Source: a virus. Taken from it: 18,524 nt of DNA. This document shows, piece by piece, positions 17,376 through 18,524 of the stretch; the stretch's first letter is position 1; each line of letters starts with the position of its first letter. Position numbers and translations under genes: made by a program. The DNA is taken from the UHGV virus genome UHGV-0203747. One strand, given 5' to 3'. The notes under the pieces were generated by a model. That model did not search any database. It saw only the letters and a program-made list of their open reading frames with translations, and was not told the DNA's origin.

Positions 17376-17618
17376 TTATGCTCCGGTAGTGAACAGGTCT
17401 AACGCTTCCTTCGATTTACGCACCGCTTCGATAGTACGGGTCGTGATATCTGAATTAGCGCCGCCTGACTGGAAGTGAATTTTGAATAGCTCAAGCTTCA
17501 ACTCGTCAGTGCCAATGAACTGAAATGCTTCTTCTGCGGCTGCGTTCTGGTTCATGACCAGTTTGTAAATCTCTAACTGGAATTTCTGTTCTTCAGTCAT
17601 GGGAATAATCTCTGCCAT
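17376..17618 (-). CDS. Hypothetical 80-aa protein immediately upstream of the terminase genes
   Basis: ATG at 17618..17616 with SD GGAG 6 nt upstream. Stop lies 2 nt before the small-terminase ATG. P22-like phages carry a conserved small ORF of this size here. No recognisable motif. Confidence 0.6.
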   Translation of the reverse strand: MAEIIPMTEEQKFQLEIYKLVMNQNAAAEEAFQFIGTDELKLELFKIHFQSGGANSDITTRTIEAVRKSKEALDLFTTGA

Positions 17619-17845
17619 TGTTGGCTCCGTTTATCCGTTAAAAGGGATATCAGTTAAGTTATCCCGTGTAGGGTATAAGCCATTGTCGAGACCACTCATT
17701 GAATGGTCTCTGCAATAACCGATGTCTTTCCATCAGTCCGCCACCACAAAGAATCTTTTTTGCCATAAGACAGGAGGTTCATCTTTCAGTGGCTGCCAGT
17801 GTTATTTCCCCACTTACTGGCTTGGGTTGTTTCGCTGTACTGCCG

Positions 17846-18388
17846 TTAATTGGTGAGTCCGGGGATTACGGTTTGCCCGTGCTGTTCAAGGCGTTCAATT
17901 CTCGCCAGTAGCTGAGGCTTCTTAATTTTTCCCCAGCGATTGAGCAGGCGGCCTGACATGCTGGCAACATCCTTCTCTTTCATGTACTCCAGCATTACGG
18001 CATTTCTCTCTTCTTCAAATTGACGATGACCAACCTGAAGCATGGCGTACATCCAGTTGAATGCGTTGATGTAAGCAATTTTGATACGCATTGCTTCTTT
18101 TTTGGTGTAGGACATAACCAAAAGCATCAACCCATCCTTGCGGAGACGGTAGAATTTTTGCGGCTTACCATTCTGTAACTCATTGTTTTTATAGCAAAGC
18201 TCAAAGTTGAGCTTTGTATCAAACTCAGGAGGGCAAGCTTCTATGGTTCGTTCAATGTCACGAACCACGTTCTTCGGCAGCTTTCCAAATGCTTTTGCCA
18301 CCATAAAAGAATCTGTAACCGGATCGTTGTTTGCTACAAAAATTAGGTCTCTGAAATCTATATCGTTAACAACGGTTGGGTAGTTCAT
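17846..18388 (-). CDS. Rha-family phage regulatory protein
   Basis: 180-aa ORF, ATG at 18388..18386. N-terminal region (DLIFVANNDPVTDSFMVAKAFGKLPKNVVRDIERTIE) fits the Rha N-terminal domain pattern (...T.S..VAE.FGKRH.NVLRDI..L.) as I know it. Sits between the lysis and packaging modules, where rha-like genes occur in P22-like phages. Confidence 0.7.
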   Translation of the reverse strand: MNYPTVVNDIDFRDLIFVANNDPVTDSFMVAKAFGKLPKNVVRDIERTIEACPPEFDTKLNFELCYKNNELQNGKPQKFYRLRKDGLMLLVMSYTKKEAMRIKIAYINAFNWMYAMLQVGHRQFEEERNAVMLEYMKEKDVASMSGRLLNRWGKIKKPQLLARIERLEQHGQTVIPGLTN

Positions 18389-18449
18389 TGCGTCTTTACC
18401 TTTTAGAAAGATGAGCCTGTTCGCACAGAAAAGCCGTCCCCGAGATGGT

Positions 18450-18524
18450 TGAACCGCCCCGGGAATCCTGGAGACTAAACTTCCTGAGAAAGAGGTAAAC
18501 AGGATGACTAAAAATACTCGTTTT
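18450..18524 (+). mobile_element. Left end of an IS3-family insertion sequence (IS629-like), truncated by the window edge; includes the first 7 codons of the transposase OrfA (ATG at 18504)
   Basis: tgaaccgccccgggaatcctggagactaaacttcctgagaaagaggtaaacagg ATG ACT AAA AAT ACT CGT TTT matches, from memory, the IS629 left inverted repeat plus the OrfA start MTKNTRF. It begins with the TG dinucleotide typical of IS3-family ends. Identification is by recall only. Confidence 0.6.

Noticed and set aside
17644-17665. GGGATA/TATCCC hairpin followed by UUUU on the minus strand, as a possible terminator before the 80-aa ORF
   Set aside because: Stem is only 6 bp with a 10-nt loop and a 4-U tract, which is weak for an intrinsic terminator. 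Kept only as a note in the Rha-spacer finding.
17699-17911. 70-aa plus-strand ORF with an AGGAGG at 17772-17777 upstream of an in-frame GTG (17789)
   Set aside because: The track start is TTG. The SD-like sequence is 11 nt from a GTG, not an ATG. The ORF overlaps the 3' end of the Rha-like gene antisense and has no recognisable features. Probably chance.
1-18524. Search for CRISPR arrays, tRNA genes or an attachment site
   Set aside because: No spaced direct-repeat array and no cloverleaf-like segment was seen. The integrase and att region, if present, must lie beyond the left edge past the membrane-protein gene.

Overview
This window is the late (packaging, head, tail and ejection) module of a P22/Sf6-like podovirus prophage, with every credible gene on the minus strand. 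Reading in the direction of transcription (high to low coordinates): an IS629-like element end at the right edge (18450-18524), a Rha-family regulator, an 80-aa ORF, small and large terminase subunits, portal, scaffold, coat, an intrinsic terminator, a small ORF, gp4-like and gp10-like tail accessory factors, a knob-bearing tail needle, a gp14-like protein, three ejection proteins (gp7-, gp20-, gp16-like) and the tailspike (1317-3497). The most interesting region is the left 1.3 kb: a very AT-rich ORF, not in the supplied track because its stop lies beyond the window edge, encodes a polytopic membrane protein that starts 2 nt after the tailspike stop. I read it as a candidate O-antigen-processing or serotype-converting moron, but its function is inferred, not shown. 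Protein identifications rest on gene order, size and motifs recalled from memory of P22/Sf6 proteins; no database search was run. I found no tRNA, CRISPR array or attachment site.
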